Made by a program: the position numbers and the translations under genes. Below the pieces are notes generated by a model that saw nothing but the letters and a program-made list of their open reading frames with translations, made no database searches and was not told the DNA's origin. A stretch of 63,084 nucleotides of DNA, counting the filler, from Patellaria atrata CBS 101060 (lineage: Eukaryota): the NCBI GenBank assembly GCA_010093705.1. It is 5 parts of 5 records of this genome, joined end to end, with 100 filler letters (N's around TTAATTAATTAA, not from the genome) between each part and the next. Parts side by side here need not be neighbours in the genome. Positions count along the whole stretch, not along the records: positions 35,762 to 50,878 come from MU006118.1; 4 more parts are not named here. One strand, 5' to 3'. Shown piece after piece: positions 36,628 to 50,500 of the stretch; positions within the stretch are counted from its first letter, which is position 1; every line of letters begins with the position of its first letter.

Positions 36628-39600
36628 CTAGAGGCCGCTCATATCTTTTACTTTCTCAAATGCCTTTTCTTCTTTCTGCCCAAGTGGTTTCCAAACCCCT
36701 TTTCGTGTCCGTATCGTTAATGGTCGTATAACTCGTCCGAATTTCTCTAGGAACTTCCGGTAGAAGTTGCAGAATCCGTTAAACGACAAGATCCCCTTTA
36801 CGTTCGTTGGTAACTTCCAGTTTCGGACTACTTCAGTCTTTTCTGGATCCATCGCTATTCCGTCGGTGCTGATAATAAAGCCGAGGAACTTCGTCTTTGT
36901 CACGTGGAACTCGCTTTTCTTAATATCGGCTTGCAGGCCGGCCTTAGCTAGTGCTTCTAGCACTTTCGCGACGTGGGTCTGGTGCTCTAGTGGGCACTTA
37001 GAGTAGATCAGTATATCGTCAACATATGCTATATAGAAGTCGTCTAGGTATTGGAAGAGCGCCTTATTAATAAACCGTTGGAACGAGGCTGGGCCGTTGC
37101 ATAACCCGAAGGGTAGTACCTTGTACTTAAACGATCCATATCTCGTTCGGAAGGTGGTAAGATCTTCGGCTGACTCCTTTATCCGGATTCGGTAGAATGC
37201 TTGTCTCACGTCGAGTTTCGTAAATATCTTTGCTCGTCGAAGGCGCGCTAGTGTTTCTTCGATCAGGGGTAACGGATACTTATCCTTCTTAGTAATGCTA
37301 TTCAGCTTTCTATAGTCAACGCAGAATCTCNNNNNNNNNNNNNNNNNNNNNNNNNNNNNNNNNNNNNNNNNNNNNNNNNNNNNNNNNNNNNNNNNNNNNN
37401 NNNNNNNNNNNNNNNNNNNNNNNNNNNNNNNNNNNNNNNNNNNNNNNNNNNNNNNNNNNNNNNNNNNNNNNNNNNNNNNNNNNNNNNNNNNNNNNNNNNN
37501 NNNNNNNNNNNNNNNNNNNNNNNNNNNNNNNNNNNNNNNNNNNNNNNNNNNNNNNNNNNNNNNNNNNNNNNNNNNNNNNNNNNNNNNNNNNNNNNNNNNN
37601 NNNNNNNNNNNNNNNNNNNNNNNNNNNNNNNNNNNNNNNNNNNNNNNNNNNNNNNNNNNNNNNNNNNNNNNNNNNNNNNNNNNNNNNNNNNNNNNNNNNN
37701 NNNNNNNNNNNNNNNNNNNNNNNNNNNNNNNNNNNNNNNNNNNNNNNNNNNNNNNNNNNNNNNNNNNNNNNNNNNNNNNNNNNNNNNNNNNNNNNNNNNN
37801 NNNNNNNNNNNNNNNNNNNNNNNNNNNNNNNNNNNNNNNNNNNNNNNNNNNNNNNNNNNNNNNNNNNNNNNNNNNNNNNNNNNNNNNNNNNNNNNNNNNN
37901 NNNNNNNNNNNNNNNNNNNNNNNNNNNNNNNNNNNNNNNNNNNNNNNNNNNNNNNNNNNNNNNNNNNNNNNNNNNNNNNNNNNNNNNNNNNNNNNNNNNN
38001 NNNNNNNNNNNNNNNNNNNNNNNNNNNNNNNNNNNNNNNNNNNNNNNNNNNNNNNNNNNNNNNNNNNNNNNNNNNNNNNNNNNNNNNNNNNNNNNNNNNN
38101 NNNNNNNNNNNNNNNNNNNNNNNNNNNNNNNNNNNNNNNNNNNNNNNNNNNNNNNNNNNNNNNNNNNNNNNNNNNNNNNNNNNNNNNNNNNNNNNNNNNN
38201 NNNNNNNNNNNNNNNNNNNNNNNNNNNNNNNNNNNNNNNNNNNNNNNNNNNNNNNNNNNNNNNNNNNNNNNNNTATTGAAGGCATTGACTTCGATCTCCT
38301 GGTCCATCTTTCTGACTTCGATTCCGAGGCGTTGTTTTAGAGCGGGTAGCCATCTCTTATTTAGTAGGGCATACCCTTAAGCTCTAGTGTCGATTAGGGC
38401 CCTAAGCTGTATTACGATTCCGTTCTTCGAGATTCGGCACGGTATCGTGAATGGCTTTTCTAATACCGGATCGCTGATCGGTGTTGCTAGTGCTCTTACT
38501 GTTAGCCCTGATGCGGAGTCTCTACTCAGGGTTTCTCGTTTTCCGAATCTGACCCTGAATCGGACCTTAAGCTCTGATGCTCGTCTTTCTAGACCGACTT
38601 TACTTCGGTTGTCTTCTTTGGTCCCCGGCATTCCAACGCTCTGTGTCCGGCCTTACCGCAGTTGAAGCAGTTACCCGTAAACTTCCGAACAGTTATGGTC
38701 TGCTCCGTCACTTATAGTGTTATAGGTGAGGTGGTTCCTCCGCTCCCTAATCGGTATAAAGTTCTATTCGTCGTTATTGAGGTGGAAGTTATTCTAGTCG
38801 GTTTACCACGCTTCTAACTCTCTCTACGGGCCTTACTGGCTTTACCTGACCTTTCTAGCTCTCGTGCCTACGTCGTGGCTTTACTACAGTACTTCTGGAA
38901 GCTAATTTCGTCGTTGCCCACGGCTTCCGCTATTGTTAGCCTTAGACTATCGTAGAGTCTGTCGTGGAGTTCCTCTTTCCACTGGTCGCGTGATAACCTG
39001 GCTTCATTAGCCAGCCGGATGAACGTAGACTGGAACTTCGGAAAGTCCGCTAGGTAGCCTTACCTTAACTCCTTTAGTTCGTCTCTAGCTTTTAGTCGTC
39101 TGTTTAGGTCCTTATAGATCTAGTCTAGGAATCTTATTAGCCTTGTTAAGGTTACGTCGTCCTCCTCCGATTCTAAGAAAGGGTACATGTGTTCAGCTGC
39201 CTCGCCACTAATCCGTGTCTTAATATAGGCAGTCTTCGCTCTTTCGTCTTGGAACTAGTCGCTGTTGACGTGGAGCTTATCGTTTATCTTACTCTTCCAC
39301 TCCTTATAGGTTGGCTTCTTGCCGTCGGTTAGTTCTAGTGGATCGGGGAACTTCTTTATCTTATCGTCGCCCCTGCTCCTAAAGCTTCCGGTTGAGTCGA
39401 CTGTTCCAGCTCGGTCGTTACGACTACGTGGTGCCAATGGTTCTTCGTCGTTAGATTCGTCGTCGAACCGGACGCTCCTTCGGTCTAGTTTAGACTACTT
39501 AGTCTACCCCTTTAGGTTATCGATCTCGTCCTAGAGGCGTTCTATGGCTTCTTCGTTCGCTTAGTATACTTGTAGCTTTAGCTGTAAGTCGGGCGCCATC

Positions 39601-40502
39601 TCGTTAATAAGGTTTACCATCTTTCCGAGTTGTATCTCTCGAGCTATAAGCTTCGCTCTCGTGTGGAGGTACTCCGTTACGAACTGGTCTAGGCTTTCAG
39701 CTACCCATTCCTTCGCTCCGTCGATCGTATCGGCGTTTCGATCGTCTATAATAGCGGTACACCTAAGAGGCTTCCCTTCTTCTATTATTCCGGGGATTCC
39801 TCTTAGTAGGTTCTGTAGATCCGCTTCTAGGATATCGTCGGTGATCTACTAGTCGACCACTTCTAGCATCGATCTGCGTCGGTGCATTTTTCCTTTTCCT
39901 TTTAATCCGGTGCTACTCTCTACTCCTAGATCCATGGTTGGCTCGTTGCCCGTCTACTTCGCTAAGGTTGCTGAAGGTTTAACTATCTTGTTTAGTTTGC
40001 TATAATGTTTGCTTCTCTAAGTAATTCGTATTCGTCAGTCCTGATCTCTTTCAAGTACTGGGTCGTCGTTGTCGTCGGCGCTGATACTCTTAGGCACCGG
40101 ATATCTCGTTGCTGGTGGAGCTCGGCTGCTTGCAGATCCCCGATCGGTCCGATGATCGTTCGTCGGCTAGACTGATGTCGTGCTCCGGTTGGAATATTAT
40201 ATCGCCTTTCCAGAGGCCGTTAAAGGAGAACTTAATCTAGTGTGACAATGTAGTATAGCTGTAGTAATCGTATTTTGACTATCTCTATTACTAACTACTA
40301 AGTGTGGAGATTAAGTTAAGGAACAATAATATCGTGGGCCGAATATCCGCACATAATAGTCCCGCCTTGCCAAGCCTCGGCCCGACTGTCTGCCGTTTAA
40401 CCAATCAGCGCTTAGAGATCTTTTCCGCGTCCGACCCGGTAAAGATCTCTTGCAAATAAACCAAACACTCAGCATAGGAAATACGGGATCAGCATCGTGA
40501 CA
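36628..40502 (-). mobile_element. RIP-damaged Ty3/gypsy retrotransposon (family G1): 5' LTR 40241-40502, gag, protease, RT
   Basis: RT RFCVDYRKLN, YPLPLIEE, LPFGLCNGPASFQ, AYVDDILIYS. Protease remnant ALIDT, zinc-knuckle remnant CFNCGKAGH, gag KFPDP. LTR has TG...CA termini. Many TAG/TAA stops, and a gap inside pol. Confidence 0.88.
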
Positions 40503-40945
40503 CGTCGTCACACCTCTAGATCGGACACTTTAATCTTTATTCTTCACTTTATATACTATTACTACCTAACATTAAACAATCGAGCAATTATCTTAATCAT
40601 TTTCAGCACCCTTACGTCTAATAGATTAGCTCTTAGCACTACAGGTGTCATAATAGCTATATAATTAAGTTTGAAGGTTATAGTGGAGTGGAAAAGTGCG
40701 CCGCTCGCTTATATACGCCGCTCGCTTGTGGACCACGTTACTCTATACTGTATATCCTATTGGACCCAGCATGCAATGTATATTGATGTTATATAATATA
40801 CGTCGAGCATAGATCTTAAATGATCACACCACTTCAATACTTTAGAAAGAGTTAATCTTTTACTAGTATTAGAACTTACTACTAGGGGCAACTTTTTTAT
40901 TTCCCCTTCCCTCTCCCACTTCGAACCGCGATATCGTGTTTAGAA

Positions 40946-42139
40946 ATGCTATTCATTTCTATTTTACTTCTTTGGTCTTTCCTAATTCTATACGCCTATA
41001 CATATGACTTACCCCCTCTTACGACTACCTTCTATCCTAACCCTGATTGCGAAGGAATATGGAGATATGCTCTTGACGAATACACTGACATACTCGGCAA
41101 CTCAATTGGTACTAGGTTATATAAAGATATTACTGCACCATATGACGACTTTGAAGAGTGCGGAGGCTGTATAGAATCATGCATGCCTCCAAACTGGAGA
41201 TACCCGCCCGCGTCCTTCAGCCCAGGAATTTGCCCATATGACTACTCTACCGCTGCTACGAAAATAAATGGAGAATCCGATGCTGCTTGCTGTCCATCGT
41301 AAGCCCACTTATTTATCCACACTATAACTCTTATGTTTCTGGAACTAACCTCTTAACCTTCTAATAGAGGCCTTGATTTCGTAAGCACTACCCTTTCATC
41401 TACCAGGCCGACATGGTTCTGTCGCGGCACGTTCAGTGGCAATACGAGAATAGTAAGCTGGGTAGGTCATTGGGTGCAATCCCAGTCCACTAGTGTTTAC
41501 TCGTATACCTTTACACGCACAATGATTGAAGAGGGAACAAAATTCGCATGGCCAATATACATCGCTAGCCGTGCCAATGAAATGCCTACGGTCGTCGAGC
41601 CTCCACCCGGAACGGAAATAGGCACAGACACTAGTATTCCCAGTGTTAGTTGGATTGTCGATTTTCCGACAAATATAACTCCAGGTAGCATAATACACAC
41701 AGTATCACAAACTAGCATTTCCAATCCTAACGTTGATACAAAATCGCGGATAACTCCAGGGAACACAGCACAAATAGGTTTACAAACTAGCACTTCTAAT
41801 ACCGATGGTGGTTCGAAATCAAGTTCCCTAACAGCGAGTGAAATAGCTGCTATATCTAGTAGTATCTCTATAGCTTTCTTTCTAGCTGGTATCGGAATCT
41901 ATATCATCCGGCGTCGACACCTAAATCACGCTATTAAAAGGCAGAGCACCAATGAGCTAGGAATACCAGAATTAGACGCTAGCAGCAGTTATCCCCAGGA
42001 AATTGATGCAGTAGAACCTAGGATAAGAGAGATGGAAGTGGTGGAAAATACTAGCTGGGAAGCTGGAGGACAAGCCTTAATCGCCGAGTTAGAAGCACCA
42101 GTTGAGAGAATTGATTCGGAGGGGGAGAATCTAGACTAG
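40946..42139 (+). CDS. Predicted type-I membrane protein (signal peptide, Cys-rich ectodomain, S/T-rich stalk, one TM, ELD/ELE-repeat tail); intron 41299-41367
   Basis: Hydrophobic N-terminus, SFSPGICPYDY...ACCPS, and a GTAAGC...CTAAC...TAG intron that joins in frame to the 41474 ORF. TM AISSSISIAFFLAGIGIYII followed by RRR. Confidence 0.72.
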
Positions 42140-42218
42140 ACAGAATTTGGATGAGTTTAATTTGGACATGTGATAGATGGAGGAGCTTACCATCGGGTCA
42201 ATGTTATGCTGTCAGTGT

Positions 42219-45200
42219 CAGTGATGGCCGTGGATTGGATTTGGACTGGATCGACCTCTGATCCAGATCCGGTCCACGTTTTGACCTCTGGTCCAATCCA
42301 GATCCAGTCCAGTCCATCAAATCCATGATATTTTGTATGGCGAATCCGTTCCGGTAGAGTCTAAGGCATGGATGGGGCTTGTATAGGTAGTATTTTAAAG
42401 GACTATGGTGTTATAGATGGTCGAATACAATATATTGCTACTACTACGGCTCCTCTAAGGTGTAGTTGATATCCGTTTCGGCTTCACTACCGTCGCCTTA
42501 TTCGTCAATAGATGCCTCTTTAACCATATTTTCCGTGTTATCTATTGTATTGCTACCGTTTTTTTTGCTCTGATTAGCCTCGTCGCTTATAGGTGGCCCA
42601 AACCAGCTCCGTAGGCACTCAGATACTTCAATTATATCTGCTTAAAGGCGATTCCGGGCATCGGAGATGAGGTGTTTTGCTGAACTAAATACTCGCTCGC
42701 ACTCGTCTGACATACACGGAAGGGCAGCCATATCTAAGCCCATCCGGGCTAGATCCGGTTGGCTGTTGTAGCGTTCGTTCCAGTATATCAGAGCTTCGAT
42801 TTCGCGTGTATCGTGGGCTGAGTATTCGTCGAAGAAGTCGATGGCTTGTGATGATCGATTGCGAACAGCCTGATGGGCTTATAGGCCACCAAAGTCGTCG
42901 CCGTGCCTACGGGGGTGGGTGGATTGGGAAGGGACCTCGATTTGGCTGTAGCGACCCTTATATTCGTCAGTATATAGCTATCGAACTTTGCCCTAAATGC
43001 CCGTATCTCCAGCTATTCTCGGGTTCCCCCTAAGCCAGTGTTTCTTTTCAATATGACCATCCATCTTATCGCTGAACCATGACCATTTAAGCCCGGGCTG
43101 TAGAAACTGAGCAGCATAATATACCGGATTAGAATCAGCCATATTATAGTACTTTTCGCATTTCTCCCAAGCCGTCTGGCAAGCCGCTTGGAGATAGATA
43201 TACTCTTCGTTNNNNNNNNNNNNNNNNNNNNNNNNNNNNNNNNNNNNNNNNNNNNNNNNNNNNNNNNNNNNNNNNNNNNNNNNNNNNNNNNNNNNNNNNN
43301 NNNNNNNNNNNNNNNNNNNNNNNNNNNNNNNNNNNNNNNNNNNNNNNNNNNNNNNNNNNNNNNNNNNNNNNNNNNNNNNNNNNNNNNNNNNNNNNNNNNN
43401 NNNNNNNNNNNNNNNNNNNNNNNNNNNNNNNNNNNNNNNNNNNNNNNNNNNNNNNNNNNNNNNNNNNNNNNNNNNNNNNNNNNNNNNNNNNNNNNNNNNN
43501 NNNNNNNNNNNNNNNNNNNNNNNNNNNNNNNNNNNNNNNNNNNNNNNNNNNNNNNNNNNNNNNNNNNNNNNNNNNNNNNNNNNNNNNNNNNNNNNNNNNN
43601 NNNNNNNNNNNNNNNNNNNNNNNNNNNNNNNNNNNNNNNNNNNNNNNNNNNNNNNNNNNNNNNNNNNNNNNNNNNNNNNNNNNNNNNNNNNNNNNNNNNN
43701 NNNNNNNNNNNNNNNNNNNNNNNNNNNNNNNNNNNNNNNNNNNNNNNNNNNNNNNNNNNNNNNNNNNNNNNNNNNNNNNNNNNNNNNNNNNNNNNNNNNN
43801 NNNNNNNNNNNNNNNNNNNNNNNNNNNNNNNNNNNNNNNNNNNNNNNNNNNNNNNNNNNNNNNNNNNNNNNNNNNNNNNNNNNNNNNNNNNNNNNNNNNN
43901 NNNNNNNNNNNNNNNNNNNNNNNNNNNNNNNNNNNNNNNNNNNNNNNNNNNNNNNNNNNNNNNNNNNNNNNNNNNNNNNNNNNNNNNNNNNNNNNNNNNN
44001 NNNNNNNNNNNNNNNNNNNNNNNNNNNNNNNNNNNNNNNNNNNNNNNNNNNNNNNNNNNNNNNNNNNNNNNNNNNNNNNNNNNNNNNNNNNNNNNNNNNN
44101 NNNNNNNNNNNNNNNNNNNNNNNNNNAGATCTTCAGAGCTAAATGCTCAGCTCCGACTTATCGGTTAAGTATCACCAAAACTATAACATTAGCTCACTCT
44201 TTTGATGTCATCTCTTATTTTATATCTGACGTAGGTAGTATCGTTATGTTCGCCTTGATTTGGAGATTACGTAGCTAGGCTTCGTGACGTCAAAGGGTTA
44301 ATCAATAAGGTGGTCTGTCATTATATAAACACTAGATAGAATCCGTAGTTGTACGGAGAATGAAGCGACTACATTCAGTTACCCACAATCTCACAATAAG
44401 TTGAATTCAGAGTCTCCAAAGTTTCGTCCAAAGCTTTGCCCAGTAAAAAAGCTGAGCACAAAGATTAATAATATGGCCCAGGCAACGTAGCCGACGTCTC
44501 TCTCTCTCTACCTTCGTCATTGTCGGATAGAGAGTCTGTAGAACAAAATCGACGCAGGTATCGTTAGATCTCGCGTTATCGAGAACGAAATATCCAATCT
44601 TTTTTCCTATCTTGTAATCTCGAAAAACGTCAAGCATTAGTTGGGCCTGATTCTCACCAGAATGTTCACCTTCCAGCCTTCGAAGAGCAAGCATCTTAGT
44701 GCGACGGTGGCCCTTATCATCAATATAGTGCCCAACTACTGCCATCATCGCGTAACAGTTCGGTGACGTCCAAAGGTCGAAGGAAATATGGATATTCGAG
44801 CGTGCTACTCAGAGTTCACGCCTCAGAATCCGTCGTCGGATAATAAATTCATCTATTATCCATTTCCTCAGGGCCCTCCGCTTTGGTATGGCAAAAGATA
44901 TACCGTCGCTAAGGTAAGTAAGGAGCTTTATAAAGTACGGATTCTCAATCTGATAGAGGGCAATATGGCAGTAAACAAACCACTTAACTAATAACAACCT
45001 GAAAGTATCCAATACGAATCTATTGACTATCCTCGCGTACAACGGCGACGGCGACGGCGACTTGCTTGCCTTGAAGGTGTTACTTTTGATAGCATTACCA
45101 CTGCTATCTATTCGGTGGATCCGTTCAAAGTGCTTAAGTACAGGTGTTCTTCCGTTTTGGGTGCCTACTAACAGCTCAGCTATCCCGGGGTGATCGGGAT

Positions 45201-46036
45201 GATTTTTGGTGTTTTGTCAGATCTGGATACTCACAGATTGGCTCGTACGTAAAGTCCTTTTTGATGTCAAGGCACAACGTACAGTAGAAATACGAATTCT
45301 TATTCACCTCACTAATAATCTCATAGCCTTTTGACCAGATATGCGACGTCTTCTTCTTCCTCCGATCTATCTTTATAGCCCCCGAATCCTTTAAATACCA
45401 CTTGCCACGGATCTGTATTCGTTCGGGTGGAACAGCGCCTTCAGGAATCTCGTCGTCTGATACGGAAGACTCGATATATTCAGAAATACGATGGGAGGAT
45501 TCGTCACCGCCCTGAGCATCACCAGCCGGGGCTTCTTCCGGCTCTCCAGCTGAAGATCCGGCTGTAGACTGGCTATACTGAGTATTCGACACCTTCTTTT
45601 GACGACGGGGCTTTTTAGTAGGCCGAGAAGCTTCCCCATCTTCCTCTTGTGCCTCTCTGAGCTTCTTCGATGGCACGGCCGTACGGGCAGACGAGCGAGT
45701 AGTAACAAAGCGTTCCATATCAATTAGAGATGAGATAGATGGCATATAGGAGATTTAGGATTTTTGAAGATTTCGTTTGGGAGATTTTCAGTCAAAACAC
45801 GAGCAGAGAGCACCATATGGCTGATGCTCAGGCCTACGTCAGTGCAGATACCCCAAAACAACACCTACAACACCATATTTCTATATATCTACAATTATAA
45901 TATGGATCGTGGAACTACTGGACTTTTTGAGAGCCGAATCCAGATCCGTCCACGATTAGTCGAATCCAGATCCACGTCAAATTCGCGTTCAAAATCCGAT
46001 CCAGATCCACCTGAGTCCAATCCACGGCCATCACTG
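42219..46036 (-). mobile_element. hAT-superfamily (Restless-like) DNA transposon, degenerate transposase, interrupted by a family B LTR
   Basis: 21-bp TIRs CAGTGATGGCCGTGGATTGGA / TCCAATCCACGGCCATCACTG with subterminal ATCC/GATCC repeats. Transposase motifs: BED-like finger, SFDLWTSPN, FVLDNARSND, RLRCLGHIINL, dimerisation CERVFSSAK. Internal stops. Confidence 0.88.
44127..44395. mobile_element. LTR family B copy inserted in the hAT transposase (5' side in gap)
   Basis: Matches 35430-35661 and ends ...ATCTCACA. Confidence 0.85.
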
Positions 46037-46459
46037 NNNNNNNNNNNNNNNNNNNNNNNNNNNNNNNNNNNNNNNNNNNNNNNNNNNNNNNNNNNNNNNN
46101 NNNNNNNNNNNNNNNNNNNNNNNNNNNNNNNNNNNNNNNNNNNNNNNNNNNNNNNNNNNNNNNNNNNNNNNNNNNNNNNNNNNNNNNNNNNNNNNNNNNN
46201 NNNNNNNNNNNNNNNNNNNNNNNNNNNNNNNNNNNNNNNNNNNNNNNNNNNNNNNNNNNNNNNNNNNNNNNNNNNNNNNNNNNNNNNNNNNNNNNNNNNN
46301 NNNNNNNNNNNNNNNNNNNNNNNNNNNNNNNNNNNNNNNNNNNNNNNNNNNNNNNNNNNNNNNNNNNNNNNNNNNNNNNNNNNNNNNNNNNNNNNNNNNN
46401 NNNNNNNNNNNNNNNNNNNNNNNNNNNNNNNNNNNNNNNNNNNNNNNNNNNNNNNNNNT

Positions 46460-47097
46460 ATCTCTCTCAGTAGTTGCAAATCAAGCGATATATTCAGTGC
46501 ACCTGCAGATCCAGTTTATCTAACAGCTCCCGCTGCTCCTGTGCTTCCATCTAGGGATCACTGGGAGCATGGGATCACGTCACGTGATCTCCGAGCTCAT
46601 TGTTCCGTTCCGACGTTCTCGTGCTACCACCCCGCTGGTGATGCACCTTCTACTGTCCTGTGGCCGTAACAAGGAGATATACTTGATTATCCTTTCCACC
46701 AAGATCTTCAGTCTAACAAGGGGACCCATACTTCAACATGTGGTAACCAGGGGTAGTGAGCTAGTCGCTTATACCACCACAATTACGGTATCGTCGTAAC
46801 CTAGGGTTTCTAAACTTACATAACACTATCTTTTAGTTCTTGTGTCGGTGCTATTTTCGTTATTTTCTGCGACATAGATTTCATACTGTTCCGTCCGTTT
46901 TAGTACACACCTGCAGTATATAACAGCTAGATAGAACCTCTCTTTTGAGAATCAAGCGACATGTTCCATGCACCTGCAGATCCAGTTTATCTCATACTGA
47001 TCACTCGTCACGTGATCTCCGTGCTAGTTGTTTCGTTCCGGTGCTTGGTGCTACCGTTCTACTGGTGATGCCCTTCTCTTGTCTTGTGGCCGTAACA
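46460..47097 (-). mobile_element. Two diverged LTR-end fragments of the TGTTACGGCCACA family
   Basis: Both end ...TGTGGCCGTAACA (~46671 and 47097) and share CACCTGCAGATCCAGTTTATCT and GTCACGTGATCTCCG blocks. Confidence 0.6.
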
Positions 47098-47513
47098 GAT
47101 ATATACCTTAAAGGCTTTAAATATAGTATTATAGATAAAACAATATAATGGAATTAAAGAAAAAAAACCATATTTACCCGATAGCAAGCTCCACTATCTA
47201 AAACTCACCAATAAAGTCTATCTTTATTGGCGTGCTACTTAGAAAATAAGATAAGAAATACTCTATTATAATATTCGCTTTACTTCTAGCGACTTGATTA
47301 ATGCGGAGTGTGTGCCGAATAAATACATCTAGCTTTATCAGGACTAGATAACGGAGGCTGAGCTCGTTTCACACCTTCGCGTACACTGCCTCGACCGCCT
47401 AGCTATTATAATCCATCAACCGCTTCTATTGTCCCTCATAATTCGTAGTCGCTATCTTTGCCCCGATTTATATAGTTCTCCTACCGTTCCGTGCTAGAAC
47501 CGATGTTATAGCG

Positions 47514-50500
47514 ATGCGACTTCTTCACTTTAATTATTCTAGAAGACTGATATTAACGGACTTCGGTAGAAAGAGCATTCCGCCATATGCTATTCTTTCA
47601 CATAGATGGCGAGATGACGAGGTTCTCTTCGAAGATCTAGGAAGCGACACCTATAAAGAGAAGGGTGGTTTTCAAAAGATTGAGTTCTGCGCTAAACAGG
47701 CGGCCCAGGATCAGCTACAGTACTTCTGGATCGACACATGTTGCATTGATAAATGGAACCTCCGTGAGCGTTCGAAAGCGATCAACTCGATGTTTCATTG
47801 GTATAGAAATGCAACAAAATGCTATGTATACCTATCGGATGTCTCGGTATCTACTACGACGGAGATACTCCAACGAAGTACCTGGGAGGCATCCTTCCGG
47901 AAAAGCGAATGGTTTACTCGAGGCTGGACACTTCAAGAACTTATTGCTCCAGTATCAGTCGAGTTCTTTTCCAGTGAAGGACGGCGGATAGGTGATAAAA
48001 TATCTCTTAAACAGCTAGTATATGATATTACTAGCGTTCCACTTAAAGTGTTATCGGGTAATCCCTTAGATGAATTTACTATATCCGAGCGAATGGGATG
48101 GGCCAAAAATCGCGAAACAACTGAAGAAGAAGACAATATATACTGCCTTCTTGGAATTCTTGATATCCGTATGCCTACCTCCTATGGAGAGGGAAAGGAG
48201 AAAGCATTAAGAAGACTCCAGATGGAAGTAGAAGCAGCTACTAGCGCACCATCTATCATTCCATTCTCCCGAAACGATCATTTCGTGGGTCGAGAATCAC
48301 AGCTTGCGGAACTGGAAGCAAAGCTCCTCAGAGACAAGCAAACTACAATATTAGCGATAGTAGGACCGAGAGGAATAGGCAAATCGCAGTTAGCGCTCGA
48401 GCTTGCATATAGAATTAGACAAAGGAATAAGAACTACTCTATTTTCTGGGTTGATGCAAGCGATATAGATAGTCTCTATCAATCGTATGTAAGCATTGCC
48501 CAAAAGCTCGACGTTCCTGGTTGGGATGATGAGAATGCAGATATCAAGCAGTTAGTGAAATTTCAGCTAAGTAAAAAGAGTGCAAGGCAATATTTGCTAA
48601 TTTTTGATAATATGGAGAATATAACCCAAGGGTCCGGCGGGTTCTCCACGGCACGAGCTACTGACTTAATAGACTACCTCCCACAGTCAGAACTATGTTC
48701 TATCATCTTCACAACAATTAACAGTGACACAGCCAAGAGTTTATCATCGCAAAATATTGTAGAACTAGGGGAAATGACACCAGATACGGCCCAAAGGATG
48801 TTAGAAAACTATTTAAACACTCCGGTTTTAAGAAGTGAACGGGAGGAGGCGAAGCTTTTACTACAAGAGCTATTATATCTCCCCTTAGCAATTGTCCAAG
48901 CAGTAGCCTATATGAATACTAGAAATATCACGTTACAGAAGTACCGATCACAGTTAGTTAGGCGAAAAAAAGAAACTCTCGAGTATGATAGCGAATTATC
49001 TAAGGACAAGCTACAGGAGTACGGTATAAAAAGTTCTATAGCTACCACACTACTTATCTCCATGGACCAGATCCGCCGTAGCGATACGCTAGCAGCAGAT
49101 TATCTATTCCTTGCCGCCTGCGTAGACCGAAAAGACATTCCGCTGGATTTTCTAGAAGCATCATCCCCTCGTGAAAGGGAAGATGCGATAAAAGTTCTCA
49201 GCAGCTACTCGCTTATTATAAGACGGCCTGCCGAATCCGCACTCGATCTTCACCAACTAGTGCATCGCGCTCTACGGGAGTGGCTTCGAAAGCAGGAGAA
49301 GCTAGACCAATGGACCCAAAATGCTATTAAACAGCTACTAAGGGTGTTCCCAGACCCTGCTCATGGTAATAGAAGTAAGTGGAGACGATTACTTCCGCAT
49401 GTTAAATATGCTTTATCACATAGTCTCGTTGAACAAGAGGGCGGAAATAGATTAACCTTGGCATGGAAGTATGCTATGACGCTATATAGTGATGGACGGT
49501 ACAACGAGTCTGAAGAGTTATTTGTGCAAGTGATGGAAACGAGAAAGAGAGTGCTTGGAGACGAGCATCCAGACACGCTGACCAGCATGGCTAACCTTGC
49601 GTCGACGTTTTGGAATCAGGGGCGGTGGAAGGAAGCCGAAGAGCTGGAGGTGCAAGTGATGGAGACGAGGAAGAGGGTGCTTAGGGACGAGCATCCAGAC
49701 ACGCTGACCAGCATGGCCAACCTGGCATCAACGTACAGGAATCAAGGGCGATGGAAGGAAGCCGAAGAGCTGGACGTGCAAGTGATGGAGACGAGCACGA
49801 GGGTGCTTGGGGACGAGCATTCAGACACGCTGACCAGCATGGCCAACCTGGCGTCGACGTACAGGAGTCAGGGGCGGTGGAAGGAAGCCGAAGAGTTGGA
49901 CGTGCAAGTGATGGAGACGAGCTCAAGGGTGCTTGGGGACGAGCATCCTTCCACGCTGACCAGCATGGCCAACCTGGCGTCGACGTACAGGAATCAGGGG
50001 CGGTGGAAGGAAGCCAAAGACCTGGCGGTGCAAGTGATGGGTACGAGGAAGAGGGTGCTTGGGGACGAGCATCCAGACACGCTGACCAGCATAGCCAACC
50101 TGGCGTCGACGTACAGGGATCAGGCGCGGTGGAAGGAAGCCGAAGAGCTGGAGGTGCAAGTGATGGAGACGAGGAAGAGGGTGCTTGGGGACGAGCATCC
50201 AGACACGCTGACCAACATGGCCAACCTGGCGTCGACGTACAGGAATCAGGGGCGGTGGAAGGAAGCCGAAGAACTGGAGGTTCAAGCGATAGAGACGAGG
50301 AAAAGAGTGCTTGGGGACGAGCATCCAGACACGTTGATCGGCATGGCCAACCTGGCGTCGACGTACAGGAATCAGGGGCGTTGGAAGGAAGCCGAAGAGC
50401 TAGACGTGCAAGTGATGAAGATGAAGAAGAGGGTGCTTGGGGACGAGCATCCTTCCACGCTGACCAGCATGGCCAACCTGGCGTCGACGTACAGGAGTCA

